NCBI RefSeq assembly: GCF_009914755.1
Contig: NC_060926.1
Reading direction: 5' to 3' (one strand)
Origin: the human T2T-CHM13v2.0 reference genome, Homo sapiens
Length of the DNA: 64,000 bases
Both the position numbers and the translations under genes were made by a program. Position 1 is the first letter of the stretch. Every line of letters begins with the position of its first letter. Of this stretch, positions 1-12,853 are shown one piece after another. The notes under the pieces were generated by a model. That model was not told where the DNA came from and did no database searches. It was given only the letters and a program-made list of their open reading frames with translations.

Positions 1-83
1 CTCCCTTTCAATATTAAAAAGATGATAAGCTCCTTTCTAAGGTCAAACTAATTTTAATGATAAACATTTATATCTCAACATCA

Positions 84-87
<4 letters not shown>

Positions 88-126
<39 letters not shown>

Positions 127-130
127 TATA
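88..130. repeat. (TA)n/(CA)n microsatellite
   Basis: Run of tatata followed by cacaca. Confidence 0.9.
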
Positions 131-246
131 AATGTATACTTGTTAGATTAGAATAGGAATGCCACAGAACTTCATAAAGGGTTATAAAAAATACATGTAC
201 TAAAATATGTAACAACATGTAACCGTAACAAAAGACATAAAGGCTC

Positions 247-604
247 TGATATGGTTTGGCTGTGTCCCCACCCAAATCTCATCTTGAATTGTAGTTCCCA
301 TAATTCCCACATGTTGTGGAAGGGACCTGGTGGGAGATAAATGGAATCATGGGGGCAGTTTCCCTCATACTGTTCTCATGGTAGTGAATAAGTCTCACAA
401 GATCTGATGGTTTTATAAGGGGTTTCCCCTTTCACTTGGCTCTCACACTCTCTTGCCTGATGCCATATAAGACATGCCTTTTGCCTTCCACCATTATTGT
501 GAGGCAGCCCCAGCCACGTGGAACTGTGAGTTCCTGAAACCTCTTTTTTCTTTATAAATTACCCAGTCTTGGGTTTATCAGCAGCATGAAAATGGACTAA
601 TACA
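247..604 (+). mobile_element. THE1 (B/C/D-type) MaLR solo LTR
   Basis: Starts TGATATGGTTTGGCTGTGTCCCCACCCAAATCTCATCTTG and ends AAAATGGACTAATACA; near-TSD ggctc/tgctc. Confidence 0.92.
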
Positions 605-692
605 TGCTCCATTTGGCTACAGTTGTTATGCAAATATATGTGCATCTCATGTCAGATGTGATGTCAGTAAGGGAAGGTGGTGAGAAAAAGTA

Positions 693-730
693 TACATGTA
701 TTTTGGAGGGGACACATTGAAACCACAGCA
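693..730 (-). mobile_element. 38-bp 5' end fragment of an MST/MLT1A-type LTR
   Basis: Reverse complement TGCTGTGGTTTCAATGTGTCCCCTCCAAAA matches the MSTC/D LTR start. Confidence 0.6.
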
Positions 731-761
731 GAAGACATGGAGGTAGAGTTGGGGAGTGGGT

Positions 762-1104
762 TGGTATGATTTGGCTGTGTCCCCACCCAAAATATCATCT
801 TGAATTATAATCCCCACTTGTCAAGGGTGGAACCAGGTGGAGGTAATTGGCTCATGGGGGCGGTTCCCCTATGCTGTTCTGGTGATAGTGCATGAGTCTC
901 ACGAGAGCTGATGGTTTTATAAGCATCTGGCATTTCCCCTGCATGTACTCACTCTGTCCTGCCGCCCTTGAAGAAGGTGCCTGCTTCTCCTTTGCCTTCC
1001 GCCATGATTGTACTTTTCCTAAGGCCTCCCCAGCAACGCGGAACTGTGAGTTAATTAAACCTCTTCCCTGTATAAATTACCCAGTCTTGGGCAGTTCTTC
1101 ATAG
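762..1104 (+). mobile_element. THE1D/MSTA-like MaLR solo LTR, 3' end clipped
   Basis: TGGTATGATTTGGCTGTGTCCCCACCC ... GAACTGTGAGTTAATTAAACCTC ... TAAATTACCCAGTCT; lacks the terminal GGACTAATACA. Confidence 0.88.
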
Positions 1105-1209
1105 AAAGATGTATTCATAATTTCATAAAACATTACAACCCATCAGAATCTGATTGAGAAAATCAAAGTGATATTCATGATAAAAACAACCAATATTTAT
1201 GATAGTAAC

Positions 1210-1410
1210 AATAAAAGCACAAGAACATTTATTAGGGATTTATGCATAGATCATCTCTTCTGATCCTTACTATAATCCTGTGACACAGTTTTTATTGTCA
1301 CTTTCAAAAAGACTAAAGTTTAAGGTATGAGATCCCTATGAAATGGTAGAGGTAGGTAGAATTTGAAACCAACTCTTATGATTCTAAATCCTATGTTCTT
1401 TCTCCTATAG
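1210..1410 (-). mobile_element. MIR SINE, degenerate
   Basis: Diverged antisense MIR pattern (atccttactataatcctgtga ... gaatttgaaacc ... ctaaatcctatgttctt). Confidence 0.5.
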
Positions 1411-2139
1411 TATGCTGTTCATATTTTCAAATAATTATATATATAAGAAGCCCTCCCTTATAGAAGTATAGAAGTTTATATCAAAGATTAGGGGAGAAAA
1501 CTGTAGTTTTTCTCACCACCTTCCCTTACCCATATCACATCTGACACAGAGACACACACACATTTGCATACACAGTTGTAACCAAATGGAGCCTTCATGT
1601 CTTTTGCTAGATACATGTTGTTACATATTTTAGTACATTTTTAAATAACACTTTATGAAGCTCTGTGACATTCCCGTTCTAGTCTAGCAGGTTTTTCTCA
1701 AATAATGACTTCTTAAAGAATAGATTTTTAAATGAATTTAATCTTTCATTTTGAACAAATGATTTGATCTTGAACAATATTTATTTAGACCTTATTGAAT
1801 AGATATGCTTGGAATTTTATGTCATTAGCCAATATACATTAATCCCTTTGGCTCTTATTTCACAAACCTTTAAGAATGGCAGCAATTCTTTTGTTGCATC
1901 TCAACTTGCCTTCTATCAGCAAGGAACTCTGCTACTGACTGTGGTAACATATCCATACTTGAGTGTGCGATGAGTGTTGTGATAATGGCAGAGAGAAAGG
2001 AAATGCATTTCCCAAAGCAAACGGGCAAGAGAAAAAAGAATTTTTGTGGCCATTGGAAATTTAAATTAAATAGTTTGAATTCTGGCTCAAGAGTTTTGTG
2101 CTCTTTTGACTCATTCCCCATCTCTACCACCATACCTTC

Positions 2140-2536
2140 TGCTATGGTTTGAATATGTCCCTTCCAAAATACATGTGTTAAAACTTAGTGGTCAGTATAA
2201 TGGTATTAAGAAGTGGGACCTTTAAGAGGTGATTAGGTCATGAGGGCTCCTCCTCTTATTAATGGAATTAAGGCCTTTATGAAAGAGGCTTTGGACAGAA
2301 CTGGGCTGGCTTACCCTTCTGCCTTTCACTTTGTGAGGACACAGCATTCCTCCCCTCTGAAGGATGCAAGAACAAGGTGCCATCTTGAAAGCAGAGAGCA
2401 GTTCTCACCAGATAACCTACTAGTACCTTGATCTTGAACTTCCCAGTCTCTACAACTGTGAGAAAATAGATTTCTGTTCTTCCTAAATCACCCAGTCTTA
2501 GATATTTTGTTATAGCAGCACAAACGGACTAAAACA
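2140..2536 (+). mobile_element. MSTC-like MaLR solo LTR
   Basis: TGCTATGGTTTGAATATGTCC start, GGTGATTAGGTCATGAGGGCTCC, GCCATCTTGAAAGCAGAGAG, end GCAGCACAAACGGACTAAAACA. Confidence 0.88.
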
Positions 2537-4892
2537 TCTGCCTCTGCATGTTCGATAGGTTTGAACAAGCAGCGGGAATTAAAAATGGCAAAATAATAGG
2601 ACCTCAGCTATTGGCAGATGCATAAGTGACCATGGTACTGGTTGGAGGAGAGAGATGACCCTGTGAAAGAATGAGCAATACTCAGTTCAACAGGAAATTC
2701 AGCCAAGTCATGAGCAAGAGATGGGCTGCTGCAATCTTGTGGGAACCCCTGTATCAGCAGCTTTAGAAATACCTCTTCTTGGCTAGAACTCGGCTATGGA
2801 TTGAAATAGATCTCAGAGTAGATCCAGGGTTCTAGAGATTATAGCATAGCCGTCTTCAAGGACAAGACTGACGTCATTCTTAGCCACACATATCACATTA
2901 CTGAAAAGATTAAACCTTAATTAGTTAGATTGTAGTGAATAAAACTTACTCAAATTGTGTATCCCTCCAGCTACCCAATCACCTACAAACACACAGTGAT
3001 AATAAGAATGAACACAAGGCTGTATTTTAGACTTACTCTGTAGGTCCAAAGGCATCTCTTTTGAACTGTGATACAAGTAAAAGTATAACACACACATTAA
3101 AAGAATATTCTTCAGAGATGGTGAAAATGAGTTCAATTTGTATGAAATGATAGAAAATGAAACCATCCAAATATCAGTACTCTCATTCTTCTCTGAGGCA
3201 CAAAATGCCACAGCTTAATAGGAAAGTTACAAATTAGCTACAAGGGAGAAAAAATCTTCAGACATACAGAGAGCCTTTTCTTTATTGTTGCCTTGATAAA
3301 ACTATAGTCTTTCAAGAAAAATTACCATCTTCACAAACTCTGATCATTCATATTACAACCAGTGATGAGAAAGTAATGGTTAAGGACAAAGTTAAAAGAT
3401 TTGCCTCAAATTATTACCATCACCACTGCATTTTGATATACAAATATGAAATAACAATTACTTGGCAATCATTTATAAATTCTAAATTATACCAAATAGT
3501 ACATGTTCTTAGATACAATGAAGAAACATGAAGGAATCCTATTAGCTAATAAGTGCCTCTATCCATATGCCAGCCTAAATCTCTGCTTGCCCATTATGTT
3601 GTAATGAATTCAGAAAATCTCCATGGTAACTTCTAGACACATATCTATCCAAATAACTGAGTATTTTCCATTTGTCTCACATATTTTACTTTACACATGG
3701 ACTTGCCTTGTCACCTGACTGCATTTATGTGAAAATTATATACACACATACAAACACATGTGTATATACATATACCCACCCAAATTTCTAAAAATAATTT
3801 CAAACAACTCAGGAAAAACTGATACAGTTAGCACAGAGCAGTTAGAGACATTCTATTGAGGTTGTTAGAAGGAGAAAGATAGTGGTACTAGGAAAATGAG
3901 ATAAGATAATTTAAATGTTCTGCTAGTCCAGTAGTCTGGGTAGAAAGAAAAATGTATTTCTTCCTTATATAGTTGTCATTTGACAAAAAAGAAGTAGAAG
4001 ACAAACTCATCTTCATCCTTAATTGAAATAGGAATTAATTGAGTTGTAGCTTACATAAAAGACATTCATATTGTGATTAAAAAAACACTCCTACCAAACT
4101 GAGGAAACATCTAAACACAAGCTGTATAGAAACACATGTCAATTTCATTTACAGTTGACAAAGCCCAAGGGACAGAGTTGACACTATACAAGTCTTGAAT
4201 ACCTTTATGGAGGTAACATGCCTGAATATGCTCTGAGAGGTCAACCAAAGGTTACCTAGGTACATAGTGAACTAGGTGAGGTTGTTCTGCTTCCATACTC
4301 TTTCATCTAATTTTCCCCCGCTGCCATCCAGTCACATTCTGCTCACTCCTACATATTGAAGCCTATTCCTAGGGAGGATCTGATGGTTCCTTAATTAAGT
4401 CTTTTTATTTTAGGACTCTTCAGTGTTTGAATTTTAAGATTTGCCTCCAGTATGAAACGAGAGGACTTTGCCTTCACTACTCAGCTTGAAGAAAGAGGAA
4501 GAGATTTATTTGGGGTGGAGAATGTGAAGCCATCCCAGTGACTGCCTCTTCCACAAATTGTCTTTCTGTTCCAAGGCAATGACCTCAGTGTTGTCAACTA
4601 GGAGGCACCTGAGCTAGTAAGGAGAAGCCAAGCAAGAGAGAGATTTGCCTCATCCCCACTGGTTAAATAGTTTGCTCATAAAAAATTTCGGAAATATATT
4701 TATTAAGGATAACTATGTGCAACAGTTTCTAAAATGTCATTTGGGATGTTGCATGAGTGATCAATGTTAGGGTGGCATGAAAATCCTGAACTGTAGCTAG
4801 CAGGCTTTAGCAGCTGAAGGCATTTTGTTTAATACTGTAAATACAGTACCAGAGTTTAACTGCATTGACGATTATTTTACAGCTGACCCATG

Positions 4893-5145
4893 GACCACAG
4901 AGTGGTTAAAAGCAAGGGCATTTGAGGCAGGTGGCCTGAGGGTTCATGTCCCTGCTGCATCATTTACAATCTCCATGACCATGGGCAAGTTACTTAACTT
5001 CTGTAAGCCTTAGTTTTCTCCCCATAAGTTAAAATAAAGCTGTACCTTCCTTATGAGTTTGGTAAGACAAATACCTTAGACAGTGCATATAAAGTAATTA
5101 ACACCATGCCTTGAATGCAGTAGTTGCTCCAAAAATATTAATTAT
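4893..5145 (+). mobile_element. MIR SINE, near full length
   Basis: AGTGGTTAAAAGCA head and core GGGCAAGTTACTTAACTTCTGTAAGCCTTAGTTTTCTC. Confidence 0.8.
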
Positions 5146-5719
5146 TGCCACTACCATTCTACTATCATTACAATTGTTATTTTTTCATATATTTGCTCAA
5201 AAATACAGTGGAAATGTAAGCATGTAAACGTTATTGTGTTCAGTATAATATACAAACATTAGCATAAGTATTTCCTTTCTCATGAGCTTTTGCAGAGATC
5301 ACCTGCTAATGAATGTGGAAAAATAGAAATAAATTTAGAACATTTCTGTAGAATCAAAGTTATTTTCAGGTTCTCTAACACTTGAAAACAATAAAAGCAT
5401 TAAAAAAATTTTATCGCAGAGAACTCCCTTAAATCAAATGCTTTGAAATATTTTAAAGAAATGCTAATTTGGAGATCTTAAAAAAGAATGAGATCTAAAA
5501 GATATCAGATGGCAGACCAAAAGAAAACTGGGCATAATTTTCCAAAAAAAATATTTTATACTCTGTCCTTCATTTTCATTTATTTTGGGGTAAGTTTCCA
5601 TGGAGTTCTATCTTTGTGGAGTAATTGAACTAGGCTGATGTCTAAAAAGCAAGAAAATATTCTAGAAAATTAAGCCTGAAAGCTAACATAACTTTCCCTC
5701 TTGAAGCATTTAAGAAGAT

Positions 5720-5850
5720 GGGATTTCTCAAACCGGTAATCAAAGATTACCTGGATCAGAGTCACCTGGGGGCATTTGTTAACAAGGCCGATTCCTAAAC
5801 CCCAGAGGCCACACTAAATCAGAGTGTTGTCCCAGTAATACACATCTTAA
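5720..5850. mobile_element. MER5-like hAT DNA transposon fragment
   Basis: TTTCTCAAAC ... ATCAGAGTCACCTGGGGGCATTTGTTAA ... GATTCCT ... AAATCAGA. Confidence 0.55.
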
Positions 5851-6684
5851 AAAGAGTCTCTTTACATTGTTTGTCATTTTGATAAATGCTGGGTGAATAA
5901 ATACCTTCTTTGGATATTTTAAAGGAAAGCACTTCTTTTGCTAGTATTTATTTTAAGTGAAAGATCATCATGGCCAGGTTTTTTAAATTATTGTTATTCA
6001 TTTTTGGCTTTACAAGGCTGGCGAATATGCTTCTCATTTCTGGCTACAGCCAAGCATTAGAAATGGGTCATCACAGCGTTAATGAAGGAGTGCACTGAAA
6101 TAAAGGTGTGAGGTAGGGGCATTTCCTATGCAGTGCCTGTGCGGTTGCTTGCCTGTTCAATCATGTGTTCATTTATACCTCCAAGACATTTCTTAATTGA
6201 ATCAGGTCTATTTAACCCAGTCCATATAATACCTAAAAGCAGCCTTATATACATATATATGGGATCTCAGATAACAGGCAGAACGTGAGGGAGAACATTA
6301 GCTGTCTCTATGCAAAAATTTTTAAATGGATTATTAATGAAACATTAAAACCAGTCTTCAAAGGACAGCATTTTTTTACATGATCCCCATAGGCTGTATC
6401 TTTTTTGCAATAAATCTATTTGTGTAAATTGGGAGCCATAGTCTGTCAGATCTGTGAGTAGCATTTCCACATACAGTGTTAGAAGAATCATTGAAAGAAA
6501 GATGCTAGATTTGAGAAAGATGAAAGAAAAAAACATTAAAATGGCCTAATAAAATTTCAATTTGCAAAATATGATTTTATACATTTTCATCTGGGCATAA
6601 ATTTAATAGATCACCACCTAGATATATTTGGGGTCTCTGCCAAATCTCTTTAATTTCTTTGCAACGGAAATTATAAAAGCAGAG

Positions 6685-6688
<4 letters not shown>

Positions 6689-6719
<31 letters not shown>
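6689..6719. repeat. (GT)n microsatellite
   Basis: Direct observation. Confidence 0.95.
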
Positions 6720-6723
<4 letters not shown>

Positions 6724-6738
6724 AGTCAAATGCTATAA

Positions 6739-7073
<335 letters not shown>

Positions 7074-7261
7074 TGCTTGAAATTCTTTAGTATGATTTTA
7101 AAAACATGAAAGAAGGCTTGAACACTAAAAGATTTCCTAGAAAATGAGGTAAGTTTGTGCCTGCCAGTATTTTTGAGTCCTACCATTAAAAAAGTACTCA
7201 GAATTCTCTGAGTAATGTTTTAAATATCTATAGCACAGTAAAATAAAACTAACCAAAAACC

Positions 7262-7264
<3 letters not shown>

Positions 7265-7309
<45 letters not shown>
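7265..7309. repeat. (CA)n microsatellite
   Basis: Direct observation. Confidence 0.95.
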
Positions 7310-7311
<2 letters not shown>

Positions 7312-8519
7312 CTTACTACTAAGGAATATCTATCTTCAGAAAAAAAAAATGAATTTCAGGAGATTGGAGACAGCTTATTCACATTTCTTGTTCCTCTAAA
7401 TGCTAAAAGTTTCTTTGCCTAATATTCCTTTATTTTTCTCATCCCTAATATTGCTTTCTGGTATGGACAGGCATTTGGGTGGCAGCCAATCAGCAAGTTA
7501 TCAATTGGGGGAGTTTGAAAATTACTGGAAACCACAAAGTTGCTCCTCGTTGCTGCATGGTGAAAATGCTTATATTATGCGTGCAATGGCATTCATCGTC
7601 CATCCCACCCTTGATTCTTGAGGAATTTGTTTTCTAGGCCCCAGAACTGGATTTATGGTTTTCTTAATGAATCCAAAGCCATGTGACCAACATGGTGATT
7701 ATTAAGGTCTTTATTTCCAGCAACTTAGAAATTCGTGGCCAGTGATGACCATTTTCTGATTTCCATCCCCAACCTTTTGGCATGTTAGATTGATGTCTAT
7801 TTTGGATTGGGTTCATTTGTGAAACCTGTGAGAATTAACTTCTTTCTTAATCCATCATGGCTTTCTGGTAACTCCCGTAAAGTTTCTGAGATGGGGCCTT
7901 TCCTCCATCCAGTACATCCCCTAATTTTATGCCAGGATGCGTTCTGAGCTTTCTGATCCTTTCTAAGTCCCTCCTTTCTTAGAGAATCCCATCTTTAGGT
8001 CAATACTGGCTTTCCTTTCTAGATTTTACTACTTCTGGCAATCAGTCCTAAGATCTTTTCCATCATCTTGGAGATAAGATGGTCTGGTTGATGTTTCATC
8101 CTCAGTGTTTGAAAGAAGATCTCCATTTCTCCTGGGCTCTGCCCTTGGCTGATTTCTACACAACCCTATTCATGTTGCTAATGCCCCAAACAACCCCCAG
8201 ACTTGGAATCAATAAACCAACCCATTTATCTATTGCTGCCTGTGTTGAAGGGGCAGCATGTCTGAGTTCCTTCTTTGTACATCTCCAGGATCTTCAGGTT
8301 ATCTTCCAGCACAACAGCAAAGTTTTTGGAAGTTCATGCGCACATCCAACCTCTTCCTACCTTCCCTCAGTATCACCTTTAAATTACTGAACTGATTGTA
8401 GGCAGGCGAGACTCTACCTCAAGGATTCTCTAGGAGTTCATGGATTTATGAAGAGAATGTGAGAGAATCCATGGGGGGAATCACTTTAAGGAAAACCAAA
8501 CATAATGGTTTTTAGGTGG

Positions 8520-9225
<706 letters not shown>

Positions 9226-10038
9226 AGCTGGTGACCACAGATGATAATGTCTCATTAGCAAAATGTTAATGTTCTCTTGACACTCAGGGTGCCCAGGGTG
9301 TCTTTCTTATTATCACCACCTCCATCATCACACTATCGCCATATATTTGGGTAGCACTTTTTTTTTTAACTTTCAAAAGTGCTATCACCCCTCTTGTTCA
9401 CTTAACCTCACAGCCACTCATTAGCTCTGACATTTACTAGAGTGCATTCATTACTTAAATGAGATTAAATCTAAAATCAGCACATCAGGCAAAAATTGTG
9501 TAGAATTAAAATTGCCCTTCAAAAATCTCTTTAAAAGCTCATAAAATGTAGCACAAATGATTTTGTGTTTATTTTGTCTTCCTTATGAGGGCAATGTAAC
9601 CAGTTTTCCTACTGCATTGAAAAAGATTACTTTTTTTTTTTTGGTTGCGTACCAGAAGATGTAGTTTATATGCATTTGGGGCTTTGTGGTAGGAAAACTA
9701 TCAGTGCTGCTGTTATTTGCTGAATATGTATAGTTGAATTTGCAAAGTCAAATGCTCATATGACATAATGCTACTGAAGTCTCTCCAGGTAAAGATCAGG
9801 AGGGATACAGGCAAAGGGAAGTTAAGTAATTTGCCTAAAGTCACAGCTAGCTACTGAAAGAAATGAGTTTGATATCCCAGTCCTAATTTAGGGTTTCCTC
9901 CTATTAGATGGAAATTGGCTAATTACATCTACCTTTGGGAACTGATTGATTGCTAATGTTTGCCTGGTTTCCTGAATTGATTAGGGTTCTGAAGCCGAGT
10001 CTAGGCTCAGCAAAGAAGAGCACAAAAGTCATCAGCCT

Positions 10039-10343
10039 GGCCAGGTGTGGTGGCTCACGTCTGTAATCCCAGCACTTTGGGAGGCCCAGGCGGGCGGATC
10101 ACTCGAGGTTCAGGAGTTCTAGACCAGACTGGCCAATATGGCGAAACCTCGTCTTTACTAAAAATACAAAAAAACTAGCTGGGCATGGTGGTGCACCCCT
10201 GTTATCCTAGCTACTAGGAAGGCTGAGACAGGCGAACTGCTTGAACCCAGCAGGTGAAGGTTACAGTGAGTGGAGATCCTGTCCCACTGCCTTCAGACTG
10301 GGTGACAGAGTGAGACTCCATCTCAAAAAAAAAAAAAAAAAAA
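10039..10343 (+). mobile_element. AluS (Sz/Sx-like)
   Basis: GGCCAGGTGTGGTGGCTCAC ... poly-A; TSD-like TCATCAGC on both sides. Confidence 0.95.
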
Positions 10344-11789
10344 TCATCAGCTTGCCATGGGGCAGAGGTGAACTGCTCATCTCAAATTTGCAATTTCCCC
10401 ACTAGACCACACTACCCAAGAATTTGAAATGGGAATATGGAGCAAAAACAGGGGAAAAATCAGAAATACTTTTTTCCTTTCTCAACCTATCTGTACAAGC
10501 ACATGAAAATCTTAAATTCAAGAATTAATCAAATATTTCCAGTATGGTTTCATTAAATGAGAAGGTATAAGAAACGGGAGAAAACATTAAGAAAAGAGAT
10601 AATTGATTAACTTTTAAGTGTATCTTTATGATGGACAAGTTCTCAGAGTATTCATTAACTAATGGAATTATGGCAGTGTGTGATTGCTGTCTCTACAGAA
10701 TAGGAGGTTAAAAAGTGCAAGGGCGTAATAGCCCCTCATCTCTCAAAGAGCTGGGAAATGGCCCCAGCACACTCACCTATGCTGAGAAGGATCAAGGATC
10801 TTATTGATATTCATGGTTATATTCGTCTAAGCCTCAGTAGATGCTTCCACTTACGGACAGTCCTAGAGGATTAGGGGAAAAGAGAAAAGAAAAACCTGAC
10901 ATTACATGCGGGAAACAGCCATTTAGAGATGGTGTGTCATCGCGTTCATGATTCCAGGGGGATTCATCTTGACAAAACATTTTACCCAATCTCCCTCAAG
11001 GCTGCTGGAAACCAATCCCTGTTAGTTGTCCAAGCATGTATGGTGCCTGCCCCTAGTAGTGGTCCCTGGTTAGGCATGAGGACAAGACAGCATGGGAACA
11101 ATTGTATAGACCTGCCCCCTAGAAGTCTCCTTTCACAGAACCAGCAGGGTTGGGTTTATTTTACTCTGACATAAAGGGTCACCTTCTAGTTCGATGGGAA
11201 AGGAAGGCTCATCTGTGTCTACTGCAGAATGGCCAAGAGAGCAGCCTGCTTCCTGCTGTTACTGGACATTGTTTGTCTTCAGTACCTTTAACTGCATGGG
11301 TGGGCCACCCATCCTCCTTCAGCCTTTAGGAAAAACTCTAGCTGCCCAGGGTCTTTGTAGGTGGCAAATTTTTACTCAAAATTTGAGTGTTCATAATGAT
11401 GTCAGGGTACAGTGAGGAGACATTCTGATACTTCAGAATTGGAGACAACTTAGTCTTGAATAATAGACATTAGCTCTTCTAATGTGTTCTTTGGTTATTC
11501 TGGTTATCTGGATTATCTCTCTGCCCATTTCCCCTCTTGGTGGTCACTGCCTCCCTCACGGCCTCTTCCTGCCCTCTCCTTCCTTGCCTTGGACGTGTCT
11601 AGCATAGCTCTTCTGGGCTACTCTGGAGGAGCCCTCACCCCTAGACTTCTTGGTTGTCATCTGGAGCTCCTAAATTCCTAAAGTCCATTATTTTACTATG
11701 CCTTTGAGTTTCACATATCCCTCTAATTTGGAACTGTGGCAAGTTTTTGTTTGTTTTGTTAGTTGTTTCAAAGAGAGAAAGAGAGAACT

Positions 11790-12130
11790 AAAATGTACTG
11801 AGTCTCTATTAAATGCTAGGTATGATACTGGGAACATTTAAATGATTTTATCATTTAAGAAATAAACTACCTCTATTTCTCACAGTGTTTTGGCACCTGA
11901 GTGCTGAATTCAGGTAAGACCAGGTTCTCATCCCAGCCCCAACACTCTCATAAGCTCTTAGGCAAGGTTATTTAGGTTATTTAACATTTCAATTTGTTCA
12001 TCTGTAAAGCAGGCATAACAACCCCTGAAACATGGACTTCATGTGAAAATTAAGACACCGTGAAAGAAATGCACATGGAACCTCGATTAACCACATACTG
12101 CTGCTACAATTACTAGTAATATTATTATGA
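11790..12130. mobile_element. Two adjacent MIR fragments in opposite orientation
   Basis: aaatgtactgagtctctatt...ggtatgatactgg (antisense), then ggcaaggttattt...ttcatctgtaaa (sense core). Confidence 0.5.
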
Positions 12131-12266
12131 AATTATTAACTGTTTCTGAACAGTTCAGTTGGAGAGACAAAATACATGCTTACTTCCATTTCTATGACAT
12201 GATCACTCCCTGGGAGATCAAAGCCAAAGTGGTCCAAAGATAATTCCTGCCAAAGCACCCTCATAG

Positions 12267-12853
12267 TGTCAGAGGCATTTGAACCAGAGCAACTCCATCT
12301 TGAACAGATGCTGGGTAAAATAAGGCTGAGACCTACTGGGCTGCAGTCCCAGATAGTTAGGCATTCTAAGTCATAGGATGAGATAGGAGGTCGGTACAAG
12401 ATACAGGTCATGAAGACCTTGCTGATAAAACAGATTGGAGTAAAGAAACCAGCTAAAACCCATCAAAACCAAAATGGTGATGGGAGTGACCTCTGGTCAT
12501 CCTCACTGGTACACTCCCATCAGCGCCAGGACAGTTTACAAATGTCATGGCAACGTCCAGAGATTACCCCATGTGGTCTAAAAAGTGGAGGAACCCTCAG
12601 CTCTGGAATTACCCGTGTTTTTTCCAGGAAATTCATGGAAAATCCACCCACCCCTTGTTTAGCATATAATCAAGAAATAATCATAAAAAGGGGCAATCAG
12701 AGGCCCATGCTTCTGCTCTGCCTATGAATTATTTCTTTACTTTCTTAATAAACTTGCTTTCACTTTATTCTCTGGATTAGCCTCAAATTCTTTCTTGCAC
12801 AAGATCCACGAACGCTCTTTTGGGGTCTGGATTGGGACGCCTTTCCTGTAAAA
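12267..12853 (+). mobile_element. MER41 (B-like) ERV1 solo LTR
   Basis: TGTCAGAGGCATTTGAACCAGAGCAACTCCATCTTG start; AATAAA at 12747; end GGGTCTGGATTGGGAC..CTTTCCTGTAAAA; 4-bp TSD ATAG. Confidence 0.92.
12622..12640. promoter_or_regulatory. Tandem GAS (STAT) motifs inside MER41
   Basis: TTCCAGGAA (12622-30) and TTCATGGAA (12632-40) both fit TTCN3GAA; function untested. Confidence 0.5.

Noticed and set aside
247-1104. Two same-orientation THE1-like LTRs as a provirus
   Set aside because: Only ~157 bp apart with no THE1 internal sequence; they differ in subfamily features and the first has its own near-TSD, so they are independent solo LTRs.
12410-12727. 105-aa ORF
   Set aside because: Lies wholly inside the MER41 LTR and has no recognisable domain.
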